Shown piece after piece: positions 13,277 to 24,708 of a DNA stretch of 64,000 bases. The stretch is taken from assembly GCA_907165135.1 (NCBI GenBank), contig OU015568.1:5952001-6016000 (forward strand), given 5' to 3'. Position 1 is the first letter of the stretch. Each line of letters starts with the position of its first letter. The notes under the pieces were generated by a model that was not told where the DNA came from, ran no database searches, and saw only the letters and a program-made list of their open reading frames with translations. This DNA is from Oikopleura dioica (taxonomy: Eukaryota; Animalia; Chordata). A program made the translations under genes and the position numbers.

Positions 13277-16033
13277 ATGAGGTTTATCGCGCTGAGTTGC
13301 CTTTCTTCCGCCGTTTTCGCTATTTTGGACATGAATCAACTCATGGCGCTCAAGAATCAAGCTGCTGATAGCACAATGCAAAGTTCAAATAGGTAACTTT
13401 TTTGAACCTGAAGGGACTTGTGTAGAAACCTGAGTGAGGCCCTGAAAACAAGATAGAAAGAGATGATAACAAAGCTGTTTCAGGACGTAACTCAGGCTTC
13501 TTAAGGAGGTAGATATCAAGAATCGGGATTTTCTGGCAGACTTTTCTCCCAATCCTAACATAGTGACCGATGATATTTTTTGTTTTAATAATGAGTTGAG
13601 GCCCTTATCTCGTGCCTATGGGAGGCCGATTTCTAAATTTCCAGAAAAAAATCGCAATAAATGGCGTTGAAAACTCGGAAATCGCTAAAAATGACCATTT
13701 TCTTGGCAGACTTTTCTCGAAACTCTTATATAGGGAGGAATTTATTTTTTTCTGAGAAGTTAGATAAGACCCTTGTCTAGTTCCTATGGAGGCCAGAATT
13801 TGAAATTTCAAAAATTTTTATAAGAAAAAAATCGATTTCCTGTTTTTCACGATTTTCAACGAAAAAATAAAATTTTGAATTTTTATTCAGCAGTATTAAA
13901 ATCATTCTATAGATGTTCCAAGGGGTTTCTGTTAATGTTTTTGAACCGAAAACTAAGTTATTACTTATTTAATTACTAAAAATTGGTCGATCTATTATAA
14001 AACGGGCTAATTTTCGAGATTTTAGAGGCGATTTTGTGAAAAATCACGTGGTCCAATAAAAAAAATTTTTGCTTACAAGTTTTCTCCTTGACGTCGAAAC
14101 TATACGGAGAAAAAGTTTGAGGCGAAAAAATGGAAAATTTTTTTCTTGATATCAACCTCCTTAACAGGTTCTCAAGTTTTGAAACAAAATCTGAGCTCAA
14201 AAACCTGTTAAAAAACCTGAGTCAGGTCCTTCAAAGAGCAAAAAGATAGATTTAAATGACGAAATAGCTCTCACAGGGTCTGACTCAGGATTCAACAGGG
14301 GATCTCTAGAAGATTTGCCTACCTGTGTAAAAACCTGAGTCAGGTTCTGAAAGAATTTATAAGAAATACCATGGAATCAAGATGGCAATTAAATTCTTTC
14401 AGAACCTGACTCAGTTTTTTACACAGGTTTTTTAGGCGTGTTTGGGGCCGAAATCTTGACTGAAGATATTGTCCTTGTCGAATGAAATGAATTTCAGATG
14501 CGAGTTTGATAAGTGCATGAAATGCCTGGCCGTTTTAAAGAAGAAAGATACCACCAAAAGATGTAAGTCAAGTTCATCATCAGTTTCTTTTTTTTTATAA
14601 AGAGAATACCAGGTAGGCTTGTTTTTTTTTCATCTGCGGAGTTAATTCTTTGAGCAGCTCGTTGTTTGCTCAATAATTAATTTTCAAGGTTAACAGAAGT
14701 AGCTTTTGCTTGGGCCAATTATTCAGCGAAAATAATTTATCTTCGATAGTTTATTTATCTTCTTCTTTACTTTTTGCTCGATAATTGGCTTGATTGATCC
14801 TCGATAAACAAGTAGAACATCGCTCTTTTTCTAATAAAAACGAAAATTGTTCGATAAGAGCTACAAAAGACATAAATTTTTATCAAAAAAGTAAATTTTA
14901 AAATAGCCGATTTTAGCTTTGAAATGTGACCAAAATTTAACGAACATAAATATCCATATTAATATATCTTTTGACATCTACGGACATTTCTGGCTGGGCG
15001 GGAGAATAATTCTGTGGACAGAACTATTCTGTGAAAAAACAGAACTATTCTGTTTGAAACAGAACTATTCTGTGTCGAGCTTAACAAAAATGACTTTGAT
15101 TATGTCGTAGATAGGATGGAAAAGGATTGACTTCAGTGACTGAAGTTCAGTCGGTCTTCGAATCTCGCAGCCAAAAACAATTAATAACAATGATAGTTTA
15201 TAATAGAAGCTGAACCGAAGAGGCTATGAAGCACGCTACGGGCCTACGGCCCTTGCGCGCATTTTCTGATAGAGAACTCATTGGGTTGGCAGGGGCAGTC
15301 TTTTTCTACCGCTGGGACTCATTTTTGGCAGCAAACAACTTCTGCATTCGCAGAATAATAGTTGTTTTCGCCAAAAAAAAATTTTTTTTCACAGAATTAT
15401 TCTCCCGGAAAGGGGGGTCTTATCGTGAGAATAATTCTGTTTTTCACAGAATTGTTCTGTGCACAGAATTATTCTCCCGGTTGCCCGACATTTCTCGATG
15501 ACACTGACCATCAAAAGATGTCCTAAGATGTCAATTTCGATGGACATTTCTTGACATTTCTCGACATCTGCAGACATTTTGAGTTATTTCTACAAGTCGC
15601 AACATAAGGCTTTTTGTAAGTTAATGTCTCACAATGTCTAGAGACATCCTTTAATGTCAAAAGATGTCTATAGAAGTCATTTGACATCCCTTGACATTTC
15701 TCGACATCTCGAGACATCTTAAGACATTCATCAAGTCTCAAGATGCCTCTGAACATCATGCAACGTCTCTCAATGTCAAGAGACATTCTTCAATGTCTGA
15801 AAATGTCTCTAGACATTTAAGGACATTCTGAGACATTTATTGGTCAAAATTTCAAAAACTCGATTTAGTATCAAAAATATTAATAATTTTTCAAAATATA
15901 AACTCTTCGACTTCTTCAATAATTCTTGAATTCAGCTGCTTCGTACAACGAAGACGCAGTTTTCGGCTGCACGATGATGTGGGTCTGGCCCGATTGCTGC
16001 CCGCAGTGGCAGAATATGAACTTCCTTTCATAA
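13277..16033 (+). CDS. Small secreted Cys-rich, prohormone-like protein (~92 aa; exons 13277-13392, 14498-14562, 15936-16033)
   Basis: Three GT-AG, phase-matched exons give MRFIALSCLSSAVFA-ILDMNQLMALKNQAADSTMQSSNR-CEFDKCMKCLAVLKKKDTTKR-SASYNEDAVFGCTMMWVWPDCCPQWQNMNFLS*. Both introns are inflated by identifiable TEs. AATAAA lies downstream. The exon linkage is inferred. Confidence 0.6.
13505..14160. mobile_element. Non-autonomous Kolobok-like (TTAA TSD, GG..CC termini) element inserted in a hAT-like MITE TIR
   Basis: TTAA|GGAGGTAGATATCAAGAA ... TTCTTGATATCAACCTCC|TTAA. The flanks rejoin to ctcaggcttcttaacaggttctcaag, a right TIR of the hAT family. Confidence 0.75.
14191..14430. mobile_element. 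Two adjacent hAT-like MITE copies
   Basis: Paired aacctgagtcagg / cctgactcagg arms. Confidence 0.7.
14965..15840. repeat. Foldback element (arms ~14965-15060 and ~15430-15536) followed by a GACAT/ATGTC minisatellite
   Basis: gggagaataattctgtggacagaactattctgtgaaaaa is matched in reverse complement by the right arm. GACAT and ATGTC blocks recur with ~10-bp periodicity. Confidence 0.75.
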
Positions 16034-16577
16034 TGAATTTCGCCTCTGTTCACTTTCTTACTATTCTTGACTAAACAGACTTTTTGTTTCTAACGATAAA
16101 AACTTGGGATAAATAATTTAATTTCAATGTTCTGCAAAATAAATATTCGAGACAGATACATCCCAAATCTTTTATTTTTCAGCAGCGGCAGAGGAGCAAC
16201 AAGTTTGGCTCTTTTTTGTACAAAAGTACTACCGCAAATCTAGGTCGCAAATCATTTGAGATTCTAGGACCTTCTTTTGGATAGCCAATAAGATTGCTTT
16301 ATTTGGCCCACCGACCAATCAAAACCCTCAAAATCCACTTTCAAAATTATTTTCTCCCCACTAATCGTCTCAAAATTAATTTATCCTACCTTTCAGGTTT
16401 TGATTTTGTCCAGAAATTTTATGATTCTGATAACTTTTTCTCCGTGGTAATAAAAACAGAGTCGTAATTTCAGAGTCACGAGAGCGCTTATTCGCCGGTT
16501 TATGATCTTCTGTTTTTGAGAAGAGAAATTAAAAAAACTCACTTTTTGAATTCGAAGTCGAGAAAAAGTAGCTGCAG

Positions 16578-18740
16578 ATGAGACAAGTAACGACACATCC
16601 AAAAGAATTGACGAGAGAAGCGGTTGAGAAATGGCTGGAAGGTTTTAAGAAGAAGTTGAAAAGAACGACGAGCAGAGATGATTTGGACAGACTGCTTTTG
16701 TCCGTTGAGAGACAAGAGTTTGAATATAAATGGAATGCTAATTGGGAGGAGGTTGTTTTTGAAAATGGAGAAGGAAAAGTTTTGCGTTGGGGCGAAGAAA
16801 AAGAAAAATGAGCGATTACCGCATTCCAAAAAACGATTCTTGAAAAAAATACAAAATTGAAAATCGAAAAATCGCGCGATCAGAATTGAAAGAAGAAACT
16901 GGAGAATGGATTCTCGACAAATCTTTCAAATCGATTTCTGAAGGAGGAGAAGCGATCGTTTTGGAAGAAAAATTTGGAGAATTGGACGTTGCCGTCAGGG
17001 TGCAGGCTTTTGACTCGGCGCTCTTTTTGGAAGAAGAGGAGGAGTTGAAATTTGAGATTCATCTTTCAAATGGTAAGAATAATTGTTTTATTTTTGATTT
17101 TTACATTCTTAGATTATGAAACCGCCGAAAACGACGAAAAATATGACGTTCCCGTGATCCCCCGTCATTCCAATATTATCAAGAATTATTGCAGCATAGA
17201 AGTCTTCTTGAGCGAAGACGAAGACAACGATGACTGCCTCGGATGGATAACGATAATGGAAAAGTGCGACTGCGATCTTCGAAGCCGACTCAAAAAAGAA
17301 GATCTCAACTTGGAAGAAAAAAAGAAAATAGCAGTTGGAGTGCAAGACGGACTTGATTATTTGAAGAGCGTCGGAATCTGGCATCACGACAAGAAGCCCG
17401 AAAATGTTCTCTTGAAAGATGGAGAACCGAGATGGGTCGATTACGGGACGTTGCAAGAATTAACTGGAAGAAGGAGCTTACGCGAAATGGGCTACGCGCG
17501 GAGAGGAAGCAAATATAGATACAGTAAATTTTTATGTAAGTTTTTAATTCGGTTATCTTGAATTAATTTTTCGTTTATTTTTTAGATTCTGGTTCTGCTG
17601 CTTTTTCGGGAAGTGAAGAACTTTGTAATGAAGACGGAGGAGAGGGATCGCCACTTCATATTTTGATTCTCTGCGACTGGAAGTCTGCCTGGAGTCTTCT
17701 TTACAATCCCATCGAAGAAGGCGAGCGAGAAATGATCAAAAATGAACTAAAGGTTTTTGGATTCTTCGTATTTTTTCGACAATTTCATTTTTTTTAGAAA
17801 TTCAATGCGGCCTGGCTATCAAAAAAAACTCCAACAACCGATGAAATCAAAAGTTTATCAGAAATCATTTCGCTAAAAAACGCGCCTTCCCATTTTTGCC
17901 TGGACGATCCAAGCTTGACAAAATCCTCCGCGATGGCCAATCTCAAACAGAAAATGACGAAACAAATCAATTTCGACTTCAAAAACGTGACGAAGAATGT
18001 TTTGAACCAGAAAGAAAGCAATCTTTGTGTGCCAATTTCAGTTACTACTCTTTTGAGATGGGCCATCAAAAATGATTTGCGAGTTAAAAATGGATATTAT
18101 GAATTATATTGTTCTTTTGAAAAAATCTTCACAATTCTGACGATGGTGATTTATCCGCGCAGTTTGGCTGGATTAAATTTAAATCCGAAATTCGAAGAAC
18201 AAGAATTCCAAACAAACGAAATTGAGTTGCTTCTCAGAAGATTAAAATTTGAGACTTATTTGAATCCAAGTGGATGGGAAATTATTAAAAGAATGAGTAA
18301 AAGATTAATAAGAGGCAATTTTGATTTCGAGCTAGGTATCTTCACTTTGTTATCATAACTTTGAAAATAATAATATATTTTCAGTGCTCCTCCACGACAA
18401 ATTCTCCTCCACCCGTCCCCTGACAGTCACCGGCGCCTACCTAAATCCCGACGGATCTGTGTTTTCCCACCAAATGGTGCTTGACCGCGTCGAAAACTCC
18501 AAATTCATTCTCCAAAACACACTCATCGACCATTCTGGCACTAAAATCGAAATTCCTCAGAACAGGCCATTCTACGCCGAATACAAAATGATGAAAGATT
18601 GCTACGACTTCTACAAAAAATATGAGTATCGCGGAGACAACGGCGAGATCATGACTCTGGCGAACGAGCAGATCAAAAATATGAAGAAAGAAACTTGGCA
18701 CCTTCTCCCACAGGCTTATTCGATTATTCTCAGAAAATAA
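16578..18740 (+). CDS. Atypical protein kinase fused to a C-terminal papain-like cysteine peptidase domain (~620-630 aa, 6 exons)
   Basis: Kinase motifs: SEGGEAIV, VAVR, catalytic loop HHDKKPEN (17382-17405) and DYG (17438-17446). In-frame splices (17535/17586, 17751/17798, 18333/18386) lead to NQKESNLCVPISVTTLL, FSHQMVL and FILQNT. The donor of intron 1 is uncertain. Confidence 0.75.
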
Positions 18741-19174
18741 TAAAAATCAATTTTCAAATGTTTGATTTCAAGTGCCTCGAATCATTCTCGTAACTGTAAA
18801 ATTTTCTTAATGCTACTAATTAAAAATGACAATAAAAATGACGATTTCACTTTATTTCTTTCGAATAATCATCAATATTAAAAGTCGGGAAGCCCAATTC
18901 TCCAGCAAGCAGGCTTTTCGTATCTTCCCATTCCCAAAATCAATCGCTTCTTGAGTAAAATATAATATTTTTGATTTCAAAAGAAGGCGGAGTTTTCGTA
19001 CTTGGTCAGTCATAATTCGGCACTAGAACGAAATGCTACTGCCGCGGGCAATGCTAGCGCTCATACTTATTCTCTTAAATTGACGGAACGTTTGCTTATT
19101 AGTTAACTAAAGAGAATTCAGAATCAGAGAAGAAGATAGAAATTATAAGCTTTCAATCTAGAGCTTGAGGCTCA

Positions 19175-22100
19175 ATGTACGGGTATGTATCCCCTTAATT
19201 TTTGATACTAGAACTTATAATTAGAAGCAAGATAAAAAAATCCGGAGAAAAATTTTTTCTTTAAAATTTTTCCACTAAAAATAAAAGACCTTATTTTTTC
19301 AGACTGCGCTCAGTCCGCAGACGTCATGTATTCCTCATCTTCGCAACAATCTTCCTCGTCATTTTCCTGACCAACAACACAAATGCAGTTCACCGACTCA
19401 GGCGGCTCGACATCGAGTCGATCGACTGGAGCAACTACGAAGAGGACATCATTTCCCACGTCAAAGAAGAGCTCAATTCCATCGTGGAAAATCCCGAAGA
19501 TTTTTTAGAATCAAAAAAAGACCGAAGAGATAGAAGAGAAAATTGAGGAAAATGAGAAAACAACTTTGACGGAAACATCATCAACGTCAGCAACATCGAC
19601 AATTTCGACAAGTTCGACAATTTCTTCCTCATCAACATCATCATCAACAACAGAAAAAACTGAGAAGAGAATTGAGACGCCGAAAAGTGCAGAAAACAAA
19701 GAAGAAAATCAACAAAGAAAAAATGAAAAAGAGGTTGAAAATGAGCCAGAAAAACCATCCCATTCACCAGAACCGGAAATATCTCGAGTCAAAATCGAAA
19801 AAAACGCTCAAGAACCCGCCGCGATCGCGAAGCAAAAAGCGCTAGAAAACATCAAAAACATCTGCAGCCAGCCAAAATCCCAGAAAAAGAATCCGTGCCT
19901 TGGGTTTATCCAACAATTCCAGCTCCTGGCGAAAAGAAAAAGGGCCCGCCAGTAGTGGCAAAACGCTTTGTCGTGAAAAATTTCTGAATGCGACGAACAT
20001 TCATATTTTTATCGATCGCTCCCGGAGAAAACTGAGCAGAGGCGGCTTTTACGGGCGTATATGAAGATGTGGATGAGTGTTAATTCCGACGAGTCGATGC
20101 TTCCGATGAATTACTCGATCGTCTCTTTTGATGACGAAAAACAAGGCGAGAAAGCGAGAAATTCGGGGATCTCCACCTCTGCGCTCGGAATTCAAGCGAG
20201 CTGGAAGAATACACCCTTCTCATGAAAGCAGTGAATCTCGCCACGGAAATGAATTTGAACGAAACCGAAGTCGCAATTTTCGCCTACACAACTGACCTCG
20301 TTGATTCCAGCGAAATCACCAGCGCGACCGGAAAATTGGCAGCGATCGACTCGGGTGGGGAGAAAAATATGATTTGCTTCAAAGGTTCTAGCAGGGATAC
20401 GAATCATTATTCTAGTTGTGGAGAAAAACCGGTTTTTGCGCTGAGAGGAGATGTTGTCAAATTGTTGGCGAAAGAGATGGAGATTATCAAGCCTTACATG
20501 GGGAGCATTGAAGAACGCCGAATAGGTACATCTTTTTGTCTTCTTTTTATCGCAAGAAAATGATTAATTTTAGGCTGGTTGACTGGAATCGTCCGTGCTC
20601 GCTCGAAAATCGTAGGATTGGGCGTCAACCAAGACAACCACAATCTCATCCAAATGCCCTTCGAACTCGAGCAGTTCAACGACTTCTACGAGGACAACTA
20701 CGACTGGGGAATGGATCGAAAGCCTCGAAAACTGATGGACTACGACCTGCCCGAAATTTACAGAAAACCAGCGGAATGGAAGATAGAAATAGAAATAGCG
20801 CCACCTTGCGACCCTTCTCCTTACTTGTATCTCGTGAAAACTTCCAGGTAAAAATCGAAATTGAGTCACGTGATGAAACTTTCAGGAAAAATTTTGAGCG
20901 TCGAAATTTTCTCCGGGCGTTTCAAGAGTTCGACAAAAACTCGACCAAGATCGAAAATCTTCCTCAAATGCGATTTTTGCTTGGAAAAGGAAAATCCTCG
21001 GAAGACCCTTCCATCGAGAAATTCATTAAAAAAGAGATGAAAGAGCACGGCGACTTGGTGGTTGGAAAGTTCATCGACGAATACGACAATCTTCCTCACA
21101 AAACAATGGCTGGCTATACTTACTTCGCCGAAAACTGCATGAAACCGCACAAGAAGCAGTACGTGATGTTTATCGATGACGATGTCTTGCTGGACGTCGA
21201 GCATCTCGACAGTTATTTCAAGCAACCAAACGCTAGCGACTTCACTTGCTTTGGATTCCTCGGAGAACATGCGAGGCCGAATCGATGGGGAAAATACAAC
21301 GTTACAATTGAACAGTGGGCGGGCGGTCATTTCTTTCCGAAATTTTGCTCCGGTAGGATCTTTTTCCTGCTTCAAATTCTTTATGTTTCAGGTCCTTGCG
21401 CTGGAATGACGGCAAAAATGAGCGAGAAGATATATGAGGCAGCTTCTACGACGGATGCCAAGGGGTTCAAGCTTGAAGACGTCCTTTTTACAGGTTAAGA
21501 ACTTTCTTAATGTCTACTTTTAGAGAAAAAGAGACATGACGAGACATCTCCTGACATTGTCGGACATCTTCGGACATCAAGAGACATCAAGAGACATTCT
21601 TAGACATCCCAATGTCTTTTGATGTCAAGAAGTGTCGCCAGATGTCTGGAGATGTCCCTGAATGTCAAAATGATAAAAAATTTTAACCAGCTCTTGATTT
21701 GCTCTCATCGTTGATTTCAGGCATTATTCGAACGAAAGCGGGCATCCCGGAGCCATCCTTTCAAAAAGACGTGTGCAAACATTTCGACCAAAAGACCAAG
21801 CAAGCGACGGAAATGTCGATGTGGCAATACATCCGACAGCTGTGCGCCCGGCGCAAATACATGTAAGAAACAACGGAAAAAAACAATGGCCCTAACTCAT
21901 TTTAAAGGTCGACGATTCAAGATCTGGAAAAACTAGCGATCGCGTTCGGATTCGATCCGAATAAGTACGCGCACCTTAAAGTTGGCCTCCCCCCGGGCGT
22001 GTCGGCAAGAAAACCTCCCATCGTTGAAAAGGGGGTTTCGGTGGTAAAACCAGTCGACCTCGAGGGAAAAGTCGGAAAACCAATTTACCGAAAACCTGAT

Positions 22101-22229
22101 CTTTCAAAACCCGGGCTATATCAGGCCCCAAAGCCGACAGTAAAAAAATCTCCAGTTGAAAAAGCTTCGCCTGCTTCTCAAGAAAAACCTTTTGCTAGAA
22201 AAAACATCCGAATCGCAGGAAAAAGCTAA
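19175..22229 (+). CDS. Type II membrane glycosyltransferase with two tandem GT31 (beta-1,3-galactosyltransferase/Fringe-like) domains; 5' part carries apparent frameshifts
   Basis: TM, then an S/T/E-rich stem. Domain 2 has YLVKTS..ERRNFLRA, EHGDLVVG, DEYDNLPHKT, FIDDDV, PKFCSG and LEDVLFTG. Domain 1 has YFYRSLPEKTEQRRLLRA, FGDL and GWLTGIVR but no DxD. Domain 1 is recovered only by frame changes at A-runs. Confidence 0.75.
21530..21668. repeat. Palindromic GACAT/ATGTC minisatellite in intron
   Basis: About seven GACAT units followed by about six ATGTC units; same motif as 15490-15840. Confidence 0.8.
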
Positions 22230-24591
22230 AAAGAATCTTCTTTTCTGTGCAATCAAACCATTAGTTCCAAATGACAGATCATTCCAGAACAGTTCAAAAT
22301 ATTATATACTCAATTGAATAAACCAATTATTTGAAAAGAAAACACTCTCGATCGGGTTCAAGTACTGACGAAAAAATATCAAAGGCGGGGAAATGCCCTC
22401 TTCGTGAAAGTTTACAAGTGGCCTTGTTGCAACAAATGGGAGCGATGCTATTTGAGGAACAATATTGTTTCCGACAAATTTGCTAAAGCAGATCCTAGGC
22501 TCAAATAAAATCGCCCCGGAAGCAAATTTTAAATTTATCGGCGACTGTCGTATTTGTCACAAATATTTTTTCTATAAAAAATTCAGGCGTTAAAAAATGA
22601 TAAAATATTGAAAAAAATGTAAAATGAGAGTTTTTTAATGATAAATTATTGTTTAACGATGTTTGTAAAACATGTTTGTTTAAAAAAGTTTCGAGAAAAA
22701 ACGCCGGAAAAAGAAAAAGGTGCCGATGCGGGGAAACAAGTGAAGGTTAAGCCCTAATCGCCGCCTCGAAAGGGTTAATTTTGCTGCAACCGTTGTGCTC
22801 GGAGCTGAGCGCAGGGCTCTAGAAGACGCTGCCGTTATTAATTTACGCATTTAGCGGATTTTCGTATTTTTCGCCGGCGCCAAAGAAGAATTGAATTATG
22901 CACTAGAAAAGTAGCGCAAAGGGAATTTATGAATTTCGCGTTTTCGGGAAAAAAGAAAAGGAATAATCCACTACTGCTGTGTTTTCCGGAAGAGGGCACT
23001 GTTCGCGGTCGATTGGCGATTTTTATCCGGCACTGGGCACCGCAGAATGCGATTAAAAGCCCCGCTGTTCATTATCACCTAATTGGGAAGGACTTAGCCG
23101 CTAAGCAAGAAGAATTTGGTCGAGTTTACATCGCTCATGAAATTTAGCTGATTTTTAAAAAAGGGTAAAGAAGCAATCTTGCTCGATGAGCCCCCTTTCG
23201 CCACACTTGGAATCAAAGTTGGAAAGGAGAGCCACTCAATTGGCTTGTTCCATCCGGCGGTAGTGCTACAGTCACTAAGGAAATGAGAGGTACCCCCTTT
23301 TCATTTAATGTTTTCGAGAAGTTCAGAAAAGAAAAACTATTGAAAAAGATTGAAAACCAAAAGCAAACAAAGATGTGAGAGACATACAGAACTTCTCAAT
23401 CAAATCCTTCCAGGCGAAGTAATTGATCAAAACCACAAGAAAGTGGGTAAACAGATCAAAAGCGATCGGACAGACTGTAGCTTTGGAATCAGAATACTTT
23501 GAGAAACAAAAGTAATCAAACATCCGCCACCCATCTCATTCTTACCCATCTCATTTCTTTTCTTTCCGTAGTTTCTTGAACAAGATCGCTTGGTGGAACA
23601 AAAACTATAGTTATTTAAGAAAACCCGTCAAAACGATGATTCTTTTAACAATAAAAGAATCTGATGCGTTAAAAATATCAACCCTTATTTCGTCAAAATC
23701 ATCGTGAAAGCCGACCAATAGAGTCGCCTAACTGTTATCATTTCCATTTTAATCCCACTGAGTTGCGGAAATAAGCTTTCGTAATCGACAATTAAGTTTC
23801 TCAAGGAGCAAGTTGCTGAGTTAGTACCGCGGGTGGTCGCCGATTTTCGGTATCGCCAGGAGGGCGCTCTCGCTCTCTTTTAGCGCGCTAGGACCGCCGC
23901 TGCGCCGCGCCCCGCTCAATCAGCTGCGAAAAAAAAGACGAAAATCAAAGCCAAATGTAACAAAAGAAAATTACCTGATTACAATTTGAATTGAACAAGA
24001 CCGATTCTTTTCAAGAGAGAATTTCAGATTCAAGAGAGATCAAATGAAGAGCTTGAAAAACTGAAAACAGAAATCGCCGAAGAGGAGAATTTTAGGTATG
24101 CGACCGCACATTATTGCATTTTGACGGGAGAGTGTTCGGAATTTTGAATCAGACCCAAAATACCACGCTTGTTTTTGAAGATTCTAGCGCTGAAAACGAG
24201 CATCTTTCATTTGCATATTATCCCAGAAGGAATTGAAAGCCTACGTGGCTTCTCATGACAACTCTTTTAAAGCCTGACTCAGGATTTCTACACAGGTTTC
24301 TGAGCACAGTTCATCGAAAAATATCTCCAAACCTTTTTTTAGTTTATAAATATCGATCGAAAAAAAGACGAGAACAATTTTATAGAGCGGAATAGGAAGC
24401 GCAGTGGGGAGGGAAGTTTTTTGATGTACGGGGACAGGGCATAAATCGATTTTTCATGCCGAGGGTGAGAAACTTATCCAGGCCACCCGCTGACTCGATA
24501 TATCGACTAATTTTATATTTTTTAACACATTGAAGTGTTGAGCGACAGATTTTAGGATCATCCTCGCTGCGCGACTTTAAAAAAACAGGCT

Positions 24592-24708
24592 CTGAGACAG
24601 GAAAAAACCTGTGTTGAAAACCTGAGTCAGGGTCTGAATTTAATTTTTTGCTAATCATTTGACATCTTTCAGACCCTGACTCAGGTTTTGACACAGGTTT
24701 TGCTCAAG
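24592..24708. mobile_element. hAT-like MITE
   Basis: aaacctgtgttgaaaacctgagtcagggtctgaa / ttcagaccctgactcaggttttgacacaggttt inverted arms. Confidence 0.8.
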
